Source: an uncultured Syntrophaceae bacterium
GTDB taxonomy: Bacteria > Desulfobacterota > Syntrophia > Syntrophales > UBA2210
Length of the DNA stretch: 64,000 bases
Assembly: GCA_964610735.1 (NCBI GenBank)
Contig: CAZSYH010000003.1
Span: forward strand, 8,083-72,082
Reading direction: 5' to 3'
Shown here: positions 25,046 through 37,604 of the stretch, piece after piece
Position numbering within the stretch: position 1 is the first letter of the stretch
Layout of the letters: each line of letters opens with the position of its first letter
The notes under the pieces: generated by a model
Seen by the model: only the letters and a program-made list of their open reading frames with translations
Told to the model about the DNA's origin: nothing
Database searches by the model: none
Program-made: the position numbers and the translations under genes

Positions 25046-26335
25046 TTACACTCTTTCAAGGACGATGGACATTCCCTGGCCGCCACCGATACACATAGTG
25101 GCAAGTCCGAGGTCATAGTCTTTTTTCTGCAGCTGCATTGCCAGAGAGTAGGTGATTCTGGCACCGGTGCATCCGATGGGATGGCCTATGGAAATTCCGC
25201 TGCCATTGACATTGCATTTGTCGAGATCAATTGCGAGCTCTTTTACGCAGGCCAAGGTCTGGGATGCAAAGGCTTCGTTGAGTTCTACGTAGTCAATATC
25301 CTTCATGGTAAGGCCAAGTTTCTTGAAAAGCTTTCTCGTAGCAGGAATTGGTCCCAGCCCCATATAGGCGGTATCCACGCCACCCGACGCGTATCCCTTT
25401 ATCTTTGCAAGGGGCTTCAACCCAAGCTCTTTTGCCTTTTCCGCGCTCATGACAATAACGGCTGCTGCGGCATCATTTATACCGGATGAGTTTCCTGCCG
25501 TTACGGTTCCATCCTTCTTGAAAGCGGGTGGTATCTTGGCCAGTTTTTCCATTGAGGTATCCATGGGTCGTTCATCCACCTCAAAGATCGTGGGTTCTCC
25601 CCTGCGCTGGGGGATAACAACGGGCACTATCTCATCGGCAACGGCACCGCTCTTGATAGCTGCCATTGCCCTCTGATGGCTTATGAGACTTATTTCATCC
25701 TGCCGTTCTCTTGTGAATCCGTATCTGTCCGCGATATTTTCCGCTGTTATTCCCATATGGTATCCGTGAAAGATTTCATAGAGACCATCATGGACCATCA
25801 TGTCTATAATCTGGCCGAAGGGCATACTCATTCTGTATCCCCAGCGGGCATTGGGTATCGCATACGGAACGTTGCTCATGGTTTCCATGCCGCCCGCTAT
25901 CATAATATCGGCGTCACCTGCCTTGATTGCCTGTGCGGCCAAGGCAATAGCCTTCATTCCTGAGGCGCACACCTTGTTAACCGTAATCCCACCCGTTTCT
26001 TCAGGAACTCCGGCATAGATCATAGCCTGCCTGCCTGGATTCTGTCCTTCGGCTCCCTGGATGACGTTGCCCATGATACATTCGTCAAAATAAACCGGGG
26101 TAAGAGAGCCGTCATAATCATAATACTTTTCGTTTATGTCGGTCCTTTCGATGCCGGCGAATACGGTGGGACAACATGATTTGACAACTTCATCAACATC
26201 TGGCCTTAACCCGGCCCTCTTGATGGCCTCCTTAATGACAAGTGCACCCAGATCAACGCACTTTACACCCTTGAGGGAACCGCCGAAGGTTCCGACGGCA
26301 GTCCTTGCTCCACTTACAATTACTACTTCTTTCAT
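25046..26335 (-). CDS. Acetyl-CoA C-acetyltransferase (thiolase) with a ~35-aa insertion
   Basis: Trimmed to ATG 26335. MKEVVIVSGARTAVG..., VNKVCASG (active-site Cys), NEAFA, GHPIGCTG. Confidence 0.9.
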   Translation of the reverse strand: MKEVVIVSGARTAVGTFGGSLKGVKCVDLGALVIKEAIKRAGLRPDVDEVVKSCCPTVFAGIERTDINEKYYDYDGSLTPVYFDECIMGNVIQGAEGQNPGRQAMIYAGVPEETGGITVNKVCASGMKAIALAAQAIKAGDADIMIAGGMETMSNVPYAIPNARWGYRMSMPFGQIIDMMVHDGLYEIFHGYHMGITAENIADRYGFTRERQDEISLISHQRAMAAIKSGAVADEIVPVVIPQRRGEPTIFEVDERPMDTSMEKLAKIPPAFKKDGTVTAGNSSGINDAAAAVIVMSAEKAKELGLKPLAKIKGYASGGVDTAYMGLGPIPATRKLFKKLGLTMKDIDYVELNEAFASQTLACVKELAIDLDKCNVNGSGISIGHPIGCTGARITYSLAMQLQKKDYDLGLATMCIGGGQGMSIVLERV

Positions 26336-26399
26336 AAAACTTCTCCTTTGCTTGTTATGAGCAGGAAAAATTTTCAGTTTTCCTGCTCTCTTTTTGGTT

Positions 26400-27860
26400 T
26401 CAGTCAAATTCTTCCACAAATTCCACTTCCCTAGGGGATTTGTAGGAAGAGAGGTATTTCCTGCAGTGTTTCATTATATCCTTTTCGCCGATGGAGGAGC
26501 CCTGTTTTTTTATGATAAGCGCCCTTACAATCTCTCCTCTCATGAGGTCTTCCCTGCCTGTTACCCTCGCGTCCTTTACTTCCGGGTGCATTCTCAGGAC
26601 GTTCTCAATCTCCGCGGGATATACGTTAAACCCGCTGGTGATGATCATTCGCTTCTTGAGTCCTTCGAGAAAGATATATCCCTCTTCATCGATTCTTGCC
26701 AGGTCTCCGGTATGGAGCCACCCATTCTTTATTACCTCCGCGGTCGCCTTCTCATTTTTGTAGTATCCCTTCATGACATTGAGGCCTATGATTACAAGTT
26801 CTCCAGTGTTTTCTGACGGCAATTCGGCGCCTGTTTCATCAAACACCTTTGCTTCAACACCTGGTATCAGCTGGCCGATGGACCCCGGTTTCTGTACTTT
26901 GTCTATCCTGTTTACCGAACATACAGGGGAGGCCTCGGTAAGACCATACCCCTGAACCAGCGTGACTCCGAACTTCTTTTCGAACATCGGTATATATTCC
27001 GCAGGTATTGCCGACCCGCCGGTAATGCATAATCTCATGGAACCGATGTCATAATCGTCCGCGCCCTCAAACAGCAGCATTCCCAGAAAGACCCTCGGGA
27101 CGGCCGCTATATATGTGATCTTCTTTTCTTCTATGGTCTTGAAGATGTTTTCAAGGTTGAATTGATCAACCATAACGACGCTGGCGCCCATCTTCAGAAC
27201 CATCAGCATGTTGGCGGCGGCCCCGAAGGAATGAAAGAGCGGGATGAGACAAAGGCCCCTGTCTTCCACCGTCCCTTGGCAGATATCCTCGAGCAGGGGA
27301 GTCTGTGTCGACAAGTTGCGGTGGGTGAGAACGGCGCCGAGCGGTTTTCCCGTCAGGCCTGAAGTATAGATCATAACAGCGGGATCATCACCCGTGATCT
27401 CGGGCATGTCAAGTTCGGAGGCATTCATCTCCATGGATCCGTCTATTGAAAGATTGCCATGGGAGTCGTCGGTTGTTATCAGGTGTTCGCACTGCGGCAG
27501 ATTTTCTCTTATCTCTTCAAACCTTTTCGCCGATGACGGGATGGTGATAAATGCCCTGGCATCACAGTCGTTAAGAAGATACAGCAACTCATGGGGAGTT
27601 GACATTGTGTTGATGGTTACAGCAACTGCACCGAGCCTCAGGATGGCAAAATAGGATATGATGAATTCCGGTATATTGGGGAGCATCATTGCCACTTTGT
27701 CCCCCTTTGCCACACCGAGCGCCTTCAATCTGTTTCCAAAGGCGTTCACTGCCCTGTCCAACTGGGCGTAGGAGACGGTTTTGTCTTTATATATAATGGA
27801 TATCCTGTCCGGGTATCTACTACAGGTATCTTCCAGCATTTTTCCCAGATTCTGTTCCAT
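26400..27860 (-). CDS. AMP-dependent acyl-CoA ligase
   Basis: Trimmed to ATG 27860 (SD AGGAGG). YTSGLTGKPLGAVLTH adenylation motif, GYGLTE, ...GWLHTGD... Confidence 0.85.
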   Translation of the reverse strand: MEQNLGKMLEDTCSRYPDRISIIYKDKTVSYAQLDRAVNAFGNRLKALGVAKGDKVAMMLPNIPEFIISYFAILRLGAVAVTINTMSTPHELLYLLNDCDARAFITIPSSAKRFEEIRENLPQCEHLITTDDSHGNLSIDGSMEMNASELDMPEITGDDPAVMIYTSGLTGKPLGAVLTHRNLSTQTPLLEDICQGTVEDRGLCLIPLFHSFGAAANMLMVLKMGASVVMVDQFNLENIFKTIEEKKITYIAAVPRVFLGMLLFEGADDYDIGSMRLCITGGSAIPAEYIPMFEKKFGVTLVQGYGLTEASPVCSVNRIDKVQKPGSIGQLIPGVEAKVFDETGAELPSENTGELVIIGLNVMKGYYKNEKATAEVIKNGWLHTGDLARIDEEGYIFLEGLKKRMIITSGFNVYPAEIENVLRMHPEVKDARVTGREDLMRGEIVRALIIKKQGSSIGEKDIMKHCRKYLSSYKSPREVEFVEEFD

Positions 27861-28072
27861 GTAAGGACCTCCTGTTATTAGAATCACCCCACCTATCACA
27901 ACAGGCGATTTACTTCAACAAAATTGAAAATATATATGTATACATGATCCTGTTTGCGTTGCCTGATGGCCGATTATCTTGACATTCTGGTGTTGTGTAA
28001 TATACATGTCACAAACTTCGGTGCGGCGGATTTTTTGCCATGCTGTAAAAAGAAATTTTTGTGGGTGAGGAT

Positions 28073-28927
28073 ATGGCTGTAATAATTGATGGTAAGAAGG
28101 TATCACAGGATGTAAGAAACGAAATCAGAGAAAAGGTCCTCCGATTGAAAGAGGAAAGGGGAATTGTACCCGGGCTTGCAGTTATCCTTGTGGGCGATGA
28201 CCCGGCCTCGCATGTTTATGTCCGGGGGAAAAAGAACGCGTGCAGGGAGGTGGGATTTCTGTCGAAGGAATTCAGGCTCCCCTCTGATACGAGTGAGACA
28301 AAGCTTCTCGATGTCATTGACGGGTTGAATCACGATCGTGAGATACACGGGTTTCTGGTGCAGCTCCCCGTTCCGGAACATATAAGAACAGATGCCATCA
28401 TTGAAGCGATAGATCCCAGGAAGGACGTTGACGGGTTTCACCCCTATAATGTTGGCAGGCTTTTTTCCGGCAATCCATATCACAGGTCTTGCACACCGGC
28501 TGGCATAATGGAGCTTCTGGATCGATATGAGATAGAGATAAAGGGGAAAGAAGCGGTTATAGTGGGAAGAAGCAATATAGTGGGGAAACCTCTTATCATG
28601 ATGCTCCTCGAAAGACACGCGACGGTTACCGTCTGTCATACGAGGACGAGGAATCTTCCCGAGGTTACGAGAAGGGCGGAAATCCTTGTGGCCGCGGCGG
28701 GGAACCCCGGGATGATAAGTGGTGATATGATAAGAGGTGGCGCGGTGGTGATTGATGTCGGGATCAACCGGCTTGATACAGGCAAACTGGTGGGAGATGT
28801 TGTCTTTGCCGATGCGTGCAAAAAGGCCTCATATATCACCCCTGTTCCGGGGGGTGTCGGGCCGATGACGATTGCGATGCTGCTGAGGAACACGCTGGAG
28901 GCGGCGTCTGTTTCATTGCCCGGGTAG
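28073..28927 (+). CDS. folD: Bifunctional methylenetetrahydrofolate dehydrogenase/cyclohydrolase
   Basis: MAVIIDGKKVS..., ...VGDDPASHVYVRGK..., ...PVPGGVGPMTIAML... Confidence 0.9.
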   Translation: MAVIIDGKKVSQDVRNEIREKVLRLKEERGIVPGLAVILVGDDPASHVYVRGKKNACREVGFLSKEFRLPSDTSETKLLDVIDGLNHDREIHGFLVQLPVPEHIRTDAIIEAIDPRKDVDGFHPYNVGRLFSGNPYHRSCTPAGIMELLDRYEIEIKGKEAVIVGRSNIVGKPLIMMLLERHATVTVCHTRTRNLPEVTRRAEILVAAAGNPGMISGDMIRGGAVVIDVGINRLDTGKLVGDVVFADACKKASYITPVPGGVGPMTIAMLLRNTLEAASVSLPG

Positions 28928-28999
28928 TTGCGGTTGCCAGAAGCGTTCAAGGGGTCGAGTGAAAGGACAGTAACCCGGAAACTGGAAACTTGATAGGCC

Positions 29000-29173
29000 C
29001 GTAAAAAGTCAGTTTTCTTCGCTCAGAATCATTTTGGGGATGCTGTTATTGCCAGGCTAACAATCTAAAACTCGTGCTAACGCACTCAAACAGTTAGATT
29101 TTTGGAAGAGCCGGTCATTACCAGCATCTTTTCCCCAAAAATACTTGGCTTCGCTACGAAAAGACTTTTTACG
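29000..29173. repeat. ~174-bp long imperfect palindrome (MITE/REP-like or structured RNA)
   Basis: Perfect 11-bp termini CGTAAAAAGTC (29000-10) / GACTTTTTACG (29163-73). Further imperfect arm pairs: TTTTGGGGATGCTG vs CAGCATCTTTTCCCCAAAA, and GCTGTTATTGCCAGGC vs GCCGGTCATTACCAGC. Centred on GTGCTAACGCAC (~29075-29086). Confidence 0.55.
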
Positions 29174-29259
29174 AATGCATCAAACTTTAAACGCAAATTT
29201 AATTGAAAAGGGTTTAAGCCCTCAACACGTAACATGTAATTTTTTCATCCGGAGAACTG

Positions 29260-30867
29260 ATGGACTTTAAAATCATTTCGGGAATTATCGGGGGTCTGGG
29301 GCTGTTTATATTCGGGATGTATCTCCTGAGTGATTCCCTGAAGAAATTGTCTCAAGGGCTGCTGAAGGCAATGCTTGAAAGGATGACGTCGGACAGGCTC
29401 AGGGCGACCATGATGGGCGCTCTTGTCACCGCGGTGATACAAAGCTCGAGCGCAACCTCGGTTATCATCATAGGGTTTCTGAATGCGGGGTTTATCCCTC
29501 TGGCGGCGGCCCTTGCGATCATGATCGGCGCCAATGTGGGCACCACGGTTACCGCGCAGTTGATCGCCTTCAAGTTTACGACCATGGCGCCCCTGTTTGT
29601 GTTTGCGGGCACTGTGGTCTTTATTTTCGCAAAGAAGGATAAAAACAAAAACAAGGGTCTGGCGCTCCTAAGCTTTGGATTGTTGTTTCTGGGACTTGCG
29701 ATGATGAGTTCCTCAGTCAAACCCCTGGCGGATGATGAAGCAATAAAAAACATTTTTGTACGCTTTGGCGCCAGTCCTTTCCTTGGGATATTGACGGGGA
29801 TGATTGTGACGGCTGTGTTACAGAGCAGCAGTACAACCACCGGAATGATCATAGCATTCGCGTCCGCCGGGGTGCTGGATCTTACGGCATCCGTTTACTT
29901 AGTCTTCGGGGTTAATATTGGCACATGTATTACCGCGGGGCTCGCCAGCATTGGAGGCAATCTGTCCAGTAAGAGGCTTGCCCTTGGTCATACGCTCTTT
30001 AACGTAACCGGCACCCTGATCATGCTGCCCTTTATTCCTCTCTATCTGCAGTACATCCCCATGACCTCCGGTGATATCGCGAGACAGATCGCCAATACCC
30101 ACACGATCTTCAATGTGATCAATATGTTGATCTTCCTGCCGTTTGTGCCTCTTTTCGTTAAACTTTTGAACAGGGTGATTCCTGGAACGGATTATGAGAA
30201 GAAGGCAACAAAACACCTTGACAAGAATCTGCTTATAACGCCCAACCTGGCAATTAAGGCGGTTATAAAAGAGATGGTTGTAATGTTGAGCATATGTCAG
30301 GAGATGTTTGAAAAGGCGGAGAAATGTATTATCAACTACAACCACAAACTCAGCAACGAGATAGCCCTTGATGAAGATGCTGTTGATGAAATGCAGAAAA
30401 ATATCACCGAATATCTTATCAGCCTTACTAAAGAGGAGCTGTCTGACCGGGGGAGGAATTTGATTCCCGCGCTGCTTCACAGTGTGAACGATCTCGAAAG
30501 GGTGGGGGATTATTGTGAAAGTATCGTAAGGTCATCTCAGAGAGGGTATGAACATGACTTGAAATTTTCCAATCCCGCGGATATGGAGCTGGGCAAGTTG
30601 TTTGAAAAGGCATACGTTCTTATGAGGCAGACAAAGAAGGCTATCGAAAACGACGACCACAAGGCGGCCGCCATCACACTGAATCTTGACAGAGAGATAC
30701 ATGATCTTGTAAGGCAGTGCAGATCTAATCATATAGACAGACTTGAACGGGGTGACTGCATAAGCGACGCCGGTCTTGTCTATTCGGACGTGCTTACGGC
30801 CATAGAGAGAATTGCCGATCATCTGTGTAATATTACAAAGGGCATATTGCATCTGGGGAAGAGATAA
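29260..30867 (+). CDS. Na+/phosphate cotransporter family protein with C-terminal PhoU-like domain
   Basis: 535 aa. Duplicated ...QSSSATS.../...QSSSTTTG... Na/Pi-cotransporter repeats, and a C-terminal helical PhoU-like region with ...DLERVGDYCE... and ...ERIADHLCNI... Confidence 0.85.
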   Translation: MDFKIISGIIGGLGLFIFGMYLLSDSLKKLSQGLLKAMLERMTSDRLRATMMGALVTAVIQSSSATSVIIIGFLNAGFIPLAAALAIMIGANVGTTVTAQLIAFKFTTMAPLFVFAGTVVFIFAKKDKNKNKGLALLSFGLLFLGLAMMSSSVKPLADDEAIKNIFVRFGASPFLGILTGMIVTAVLQSSSTTTGMIIAFASAGVLDLTASVYLVFGVNIGTCITAGLASIGGNLSSKRLALGHTLFNVTGTLIMLPFIPLYLQYIPMTSGDIARQIANTHTIFNVINMLIFLPFVPLFVKLLNRVIPGTDYEKKATKHLDKNLLITPNLAIKAVIKEMVVMLSICQEMFEKAEKCIINYNHKLSNEIALDEDAVDEMQKNITEYLISLTKEELSDRGRNLIPALLHSVNDLERVGDYCESIVRSSQRGYEHDLKFSNPADMELGKLFEKAYVLMRQTKKAIENDDHKAAAITLNLDREIHDLVRQCRSNHIDRLERGDCISDAGLVYSDVLTAIERIADHLCNITKGILHLGKR

Positions 30868-30915
30868 CGGTTTACGGTTTAACAATTTGGGAATTTTTCA
30901 ACTCAAAATCTGTAA

Positions 30916-31533
30916 ATGGAGGACGCCGTGGTAGAGAATATATTCTGGCTCGGGCATTCAACGATCAGAATAGACGGAGAGAAGGTGATTTATATCGATC
31001 CCTGGAAACTCAGAGATCCAAAAGGGGCGGATCTTATCCTGATCAGCCACAGTCATCACGATCACCTGTCTCCGGAAGACGTCGGAAAGATACAGAAAAA
31101 TGATACTGTTATTATCACCACGCGGGATTGTGCCGGTGAACTTTCCGGGGATGTAAGGATAGTCAAACCGGGTGACGTAGTCCAGGTCGGGGAGATACTG
31201 GTTGAGGCGGGGCGTTCCTATAATATTGGCAAGGCCTTTCACCCGAAGGAGAACAACTGGCTCGGGTTTGTGGTAACGGTGATGGGGAAGAGGATATACT
31301 ATTGCGGCGACACTGACCTTATCCCGGAAATGGAAAGCATAAGAGCGGACATTGTTATAGCTCCTGTCGGCGGGACCTACACGATGAACGCCGAAGAGGC
31401 CGCCCTCGCGGTCAATATGATAGGCCCCGGGGTGGCCATACCCGTCCACTATGGTGATATTGTAGGTTCCATAGAGGACGCGGAAAGATTCAGGGATCTT
31501 TGCGATGTGCCGGTTGATATCAAGCAGGCATGA
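30916..31533 (+). CDS. MBL-fold metallo-hydrolase
   Basis: 205 aa. LILISHSHHDHL metal-binding motif. Confidence 0.8.
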   Translation: MEDAVVENIFWLGHSTIRIDGEKVIYIDPWKLRDPKGADLILISHSHHDHLSPEDVGKIQKNDTVIITTRDCAGELSGDVRIVKPGDVVQVGEILVEAGRSYNIGKAFHPKENNWLGFVVTVMGKRIYYCGDTDLIPEMESIRADIVIAPVGGTYTMNAEEAALAVNMIGPGVAIPVHYGDIVGSIEDAERFRDLCDVPVDIKQA

Positions 31534-31549
31534 ATTTTTCCGATGGCAC

Positions 31550-31578
31550 TTGACAGGGCTGGATTGATGTTTATTTTA
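31550..31578 (+). promoter_or_regulatory. Sigma70-type promoter candidate for groESL
   Basis: TTGACA (31550-55), 16-17 nt spacer, TATTTTA (31572-78). No CIRCE inverted repeat seen. Confidence 0.4.
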
Positions 31579-31645
31579 TGCTCTGTTGAGGTTACAAAAG
31601 ACTTTTTAACTTTAAAAACAAGTTTAAGGGAGGAGAATAAGAATA

Positions 31646-31936
31646 ATGAAGATTAGACCATTACATGACAGGATCATCGTTAAGCGCCTTGACGAAGAGG
31701 AAACGACAAAGGGAGGGATCATTATCCCCGATACCGCCAAGGAAAAACCCATGGAGGGGAAAGTAATAGCCGCTGGAAACGGCAAGAAGACGGATGACGG
31801 TAAACTGATCAAGCTGGATGTAAAGGCTGGCGACAGGGTGCTGTTCAGTAAGTATGCCGGGACTGAGGTTAAGATAGATGGTGTTGAACACCTTATCATG
31901 CGTGAAGACGATATACTCGGAATAATTGAAAAATAA
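31646..31936 (+). CDS. groES: Co-chaperonin GroES
   Basis: 96 aa. [14 protein letters not shown]...[13 protein letters not shown]... Confidence 0.95.
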   Translation: MKIRPLHDRIIVKRLDEEETTKGGIIIPDTAKEKPMEGKVIAAGNGKKTDDGKLIKLDVKAGDRVLFSKYAGTEVKIDGVEHLIMREDDILGIIEK

Positions 31937-33616
<1,680 letters not shown>

Positions 33617-33656
33617 TATCGTAGTTCAGATTTATGATTCACAAGAGGCTCCTTGT

Positions 33657-34700
33657 TTAACGAGGGGCCTCTTTTTTTGTGATCCTCTTTCCGAATGGCG
33701 CTGTAATAATTCCCTTTTCTGTTATGATGGCGGTTATGTATCGTCTGGGGGTCACATCAAAGGCGGGGTTGTACGCGTTGAATCCCTCCGGAGCGATTTT
33801 TGCGCCGTGAAACTCCAACACCTCTTCCGCTTTTCTTTCTTCAATGGGGATTTCCTTACCGGTTCGCGCATGACAATCTATTGTGGAAATGGGAGCCGCC
33901 ACGTAAAATGGGACCCTGTTTGTCTTCGCCAAGACGGCGAGGCTGTATGTCCCGATCTTGTTGGCCACATCACCGTTGGCCGCGATTCGATCCGCGCCCA
34001 CCATAACAAGGTTGACCATACCACGCTTCATGAAGGAACCCGCCATACTGTCGGTTATAAGCGCGGCTGAAATGCCTTCATTTTTCATCTCCCACGCAGT
34101 CAGTCTTGCCCCCTGGAGGAGGGGTCTGGTTTCGTCTACCAGGACATGAATATTTTTCCCCTCTTCATGAGCGGCGCGTATAATGCCCAGCGCGGTTCCA
34201 TATCCTCCGGTCGCGAGTGCCCCGGCATTACAGTGAGTCAGGATAGTATCCCCGTCTTTTATCAGGCCTTTTCCATAAATCCCCATCTGCCGGTTGGCCA
34301 AAATATCTTCTTCCAGGATACACAGGGCCTCTTCTGTCAGGGCCTTTTTTACCGCATCCGCTTTTATACTAGGGGTGGACGCGATCTCCTTCTCAAAACG
34401 GGACTTCATCCTGTCTATGGCCCAGAACAGATTTACAGCGGTGGGACGGGTTCGGGAGAACTCGTCACAGATACTGTAGAAATCCTGCTTCATCTGTCCT
34501 TCGGGTGCATTCAGTGTGCCGAGGGCGATCCCCATAGCGGCCGCTATTCCCACGGCGGGCGCGCCCCGTATGGCCATGGTAGTGATGGCTTCTACGACGT
34601 TCTGATATGTTTGGCAGGTAAAATATCGCTCTTCATGCGGGAGGGCCCGCTGGTCGATCATAACCACGGCGCCCTCGTTCCAGGATATCGTCTTGATCAT
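33657..34700 (-). CDS. mtnA: Methylthioribose-1-phosphate isomerase / eIF-2B-like family
   Basis: Trimmed to ATG 34700 (ATGA overlap with the gatB stop). [24 protein letters not shown]...[14 protein letters not shown]... Confidence 0.85.
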   Translation of the reverse strand: MIKTISWNEGAVVMIDQRALPHEERYFTCQTYQNVVEAITTMAIRGAPAVGIAAAMGIALGTLNAPEGQMKQDFYSICDEFSRTRPTAVNLFWAIDRMKSRFEKEIASTPSIKADAVKKALTEEALCILEEDILANRQMGIYGKGLIKDGDTILTHCNAGALATGGYGTALGIIRAAHEEGKNIHVLVDETRPLLQGARLTAWEMKNEGISAALITDSMAGSFMKRGMVNLVMVGADRIAANGDVANKIGTYSLAVLAKTNRVPFYVAAPISTIDCHARTGKEIPIEERKAEEVLEFHGAKIAPEGFNAYNPAFDVTPRRYITAIITEKGIITAPFGKRITKKEAPR

Positions 34701-36133
34701 AGCATCGGGAGTTTCTTCTTTAGTAACTCGTTGACGATTTTGGGGTTTGCTTTGCCACCGGTGGCCTTCATTGTCTGCCCCACGAAGAAACCGAAGAGCT
34801 GCCCCTTGCCGCTTCTGTACTGCTCCAACTGTTTCTGGTGGGCATTCAAAACCCCTTCCACGATCTTTTCCAGCTCCGTGGTATCGGTAATCTGAACGAG
34901 GCCCTTTTCTTCCACGATCTCCCCCGGGGTTTTCCCCGATTTCCACATATCCTCGAAGACCTCTTTGGCAATCTTTCCGCTTACTGTTCCGTCTTCTTTA
35001 ATATTGATCAGTTCTGCCAGCATCGAGGGAATTACCGGACTTGCTGTTACATCCAGTTTGTCTTCATTCAGATGTGCCAGGAAATCGCCCATAATCCAGT
35101 TGCTCGCGGGTTTCGGCCTTCCACAGAGCCGTGCCGTCTCTTCATAATAATCCGCCAGATCACGGCTTGCCGTCAGAACAACGGCATCATAGGAAGGGAT
35201 GCCATATTGTTTAACAAACCGCGCTCTCTTTTCCACGGGAAGTTCTGGAAGGGTATTTTTTATCTCCTCTCTCCACGCGTCGGATATTACAACAGGGACA
35301 AGATCGGGTTCAGGGAAATACCGGTAGTCGTGCGCCTCTTCCTTTCCTCTTAGCGAATGGGTGACACCCTGTGAGACATCCCACAGGCGTGTTTCCTGCG
35401 CGACACGGTCTCCTCCCTCCAGGATGGAGCGCTGCCTCTGTATCTCGTATTCGAGGGCATGCTGTACGTTGCGGAAGGAGTTCATGTTCTTGAGTTCCGC
35501 TCTGATTCCGAACTCTTTTTCTCCCTTTGGCCTCAGGGAGATGTTAGCGTCACAGCGAAAACTTCCCTCCTCCATATTCCCGTCGCATATATCAAGATAG
35601 ACCAGTATCTCGTGCAGTCTCCGGAGATAATGAACCGCCTCGTCCGTGTTTCGCATATCCGGTTCGCTTACTATCTCTATCAGGGGAACCCCCGCCCTGT
35701 TGAGATCGACGTAGCTGAAAGGGCTGAGATCATCATGTATGGATTTGCCTGCGTCCTCCTCCATGTGTATGCGGGTAATACCGATTCTCCTCTTCGCTCC
35801 GTCGATTTCAATATCGATATATCCGGCTTCAGCTATGGGATGGGCAAACTGTGTGATCTGATATCCCTTTGGAAGATCGGGATAGAAATAGTTTTTCCTT
35901 GCCCATGTGCTTGTCCCGTTTATCCTGCAATGGGTCGCGATAGCCATTTTCACCGCGTATTCCACAACTTTTTTATTGAGTACAGGGAGAACGCCTGGCA
36001 TGCCAATGCAGACGGGACAGGTGTTGCTGTTGGGCTCCTCGCCGAATCTGGTCGAACAACCACAGAATATCTTGGTTTTGGTGAGGAGCTGGGCGTGCAC
36101 TTCAAGTCCTATGACCGGTTCGTACTGCATCAC
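34697..36133 (-). CDS. gatB: Asp/Glu-tRNA amidotransferase subunit B
   Basis: 478 aa. [16 protein letters not shown]...TKIFCGCS... Confidence 0.95.
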   Translation of the reverse strand: MMQYEPVIGLEVHAQLLTKTKIFCGCSTRFGEEPNSNTCPVCIGMPGVLPVLNKKVVEYAVKMAIATHCRINGTSTWARKNYFYPDLPKGYQITQFAHPIAEAGYIDIEIDGAKRRIGITRIHMEEDAGKSIHDDLSPFSYVDLNRAGVPLIEIVSEPDMRNTDEAVHYLRRLHEILVYLDICDGNMEEGSFRCDANISLRPKGEKEFGIRAELKNMNSFRNVQHALEYEIQRQRSILEGGDRVAQETRLWDVSQGVTHSLRGKEEAHDYRYFPEPDLVPVVISDAWREEIKNTLPELPVEKRARFVKQYGIPSYDAVVLTASRDLADYYEETARLCGRPKPASNWIMGDFLAHLNEDKLDVTASPVIPSMLAELINIKEDGTVSGKIAKEVFEDMWKSGKTPGEIVEEKGLVQITDTTELEKIVEGVLNAHQKQLEQYRSGKGQLFGFFVGQTMKATGGKANPKIVNELLKKKLPML

Positions 36134-37587
36134 AGTTTGGGCATCCTCCTCTCTATCTTCGAGTTTTTCTCATATGCCGATGCTATCTGGAGGAGCTCCC
36201 CCTCCTCAAAGTGATTCGCCATGAACTGGATCCCCATAGGGAGACCGCTCTTTGTATAGCCGCAGGGGACGGATATCCCGGGTATCCCCGCCAGGTTCGC
36301 CGACAGGGTAAATATGTCGAAGAGGTACATCTGCAGGGGATTGTCCACCTTTTCCCCTATCCGGAATGCGGGGGTGGGTGTTGTGGGCGTCAGGATAACA
36401 TCACATTTTTTGAATGCCCTGTCGAAATCGTTTTTTATCAGGGCCCTGACCTGTGACGCTTTTTTATAGTACGCGTCGTAATATCCGGAGGAGAGAGAAT
36501 ATGTGCCTAACATTATTCTCCTCTTTACCTCTGCCCCGAAACCGGAGGAGCGGGTTTTCTTGTACATGTCCAGGATGTCTTCTCCGTCTGGTGCCCTGAA
36601 CCCATATCTCACCCCGTCGTACCGGGCCAGATTCGAGCTGGCCTCTGAGGGCGCTATGATATAATAAACCGCGACACAATATTCGGTGTGGGGGAGCGAA
36701 ATTCGGGTGCATTTTGCGCCGAGACCCTCCAGGATTTTAATGGTCTTATCCACTGCGGCCTCAATCTCCGGGTCGATCCCACCGACAAAATATTCCCCTG
36801 GGACGCCTACCGTCCAGCCATTGATATCCCTGGAAATAAACTTTTTGTAATCGGGAACCTCCGCGGGGACGGAAGTGGAATCGCCGGTGTCATGACCGGA
36901 TATGACATTCATCATAATGGCGCAGTCTTCCACATCTTTGGTGATGGGCCCTATCTGGTCCAGGGAAGAGGCAAAGGCTACCATGCCGAAGCGTGAGACC
37001 CTGCCATATGTGGGCTTCATCCCCACGACGCCACACAGGGCCGCGGGTTGTCTGATGGAACCGCCTGTGTCGGTGCCCAGTGAGGCTATACATTCATCGG
37101 CGGCAACAGCGGCGGCCGAACCGCCACTGGAGCCTCCGGGTATACGCTCCAGGTCCCATGGATTCTTTGTTATACCAAACCGGGAGGTCTCGGTAGAGGA
37201 GCCCATGGCAAACTCATCCATATTCGTCTTCCCCACAAACACCGCGCCGACATCCTTCAATTTCCTGACTACCGTTGCGTCATAGGGGGGTATGAAATCT
37301 TCAAGGATGCGTGAGCCGCAGGTTGTCCTGACACCTTCCGTGCACAGGATGTCCTTGAGGGCTATGGGTATCCCGGTCAGTTCACCGGCGGTTCCCTCTT
37401 TTATCCGCCTGTCCGCCTCGCGGGCCTGCCCGATGGCGGTCTCCTCCATCAGTGTTATATACGAGTGCACCTTTTCTTCTACAGATGCTATCCTTCGGTA
37501 TACAGATTCTGTAATCTCAACGGAGGTGAGGCTTCCGTCTTTCAACTTTTCCTGCAGTTCATGAATGGTTAACCGGTTGAATTCCAT
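36130..37587 (-). CDS. gatA: Glu-tRNA(Gln) amidotransferase subunit A
   Basis: Amidase signature ...[13 protein letters not shown]... ATG 37587 has AGGAAA upstream; GTG 37605 is an alternative start. Confidence 0.95.
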   Translation of the reverse strand: MEFNRLTIHELQEKLKDGSLTSVEITESVYRRIASVEEKVHSYITLMEETAIGQAREADRRIKEGTAGELTGIPIALKDILCTEGVRTTCGSRILEDFIPPYDATVVRKLKDVGAVFVGKTNMDEFAMGSSTETSRFGITKNPWDLERIPGGSSGGSAAAVAADECIASLGTDTGGSIRQPAALCGVVGMKPTYGRVSRFGMVAFASSLDQIGPITKDVEDCAIMMNVISGHDTGDSTSVPAEVPDYKKFISRDINGWTVGVPGEYFVGGIDPEIEAAVDKTIKILEGLGAKCTRISLPHTEYCVAVYYIIAPSEASSNLARYDGVRYGFRAPDGEDILDMYKKTRSSGFGAEVKRRIMLGTYSLSSGYYDAYYKKASQVRALIKNDFDRAFKKCDVILTPTTPTPAFRIGEKVDNPLQMYLFDIFTLSANLAGIPGISVPCGYTKSGLPMGIQFMANHFEEGELLQIASAYEKNSKIERRMPKL

Positions 37588-37604
37588 GTTATTTTCCTGA
37601 GACA

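Noticed and set aside
31534-31645. Looked for a CIRCE element (TTAGCACTC-N9-GAGTGCTAA) or a sigma32 -10 (CCCCATnT) upstream of groES
   Set aside because: Neither is present. Only a sigma70-like TTGACA/TATTTTA pair is seen, so no heat-shock operator is claimed.
34146-35353. + strand ORFs of 249 and 171 aa opposite mtnA and gatB
   Set aside because: They are antisense to two well-supported genes and have no motifs.
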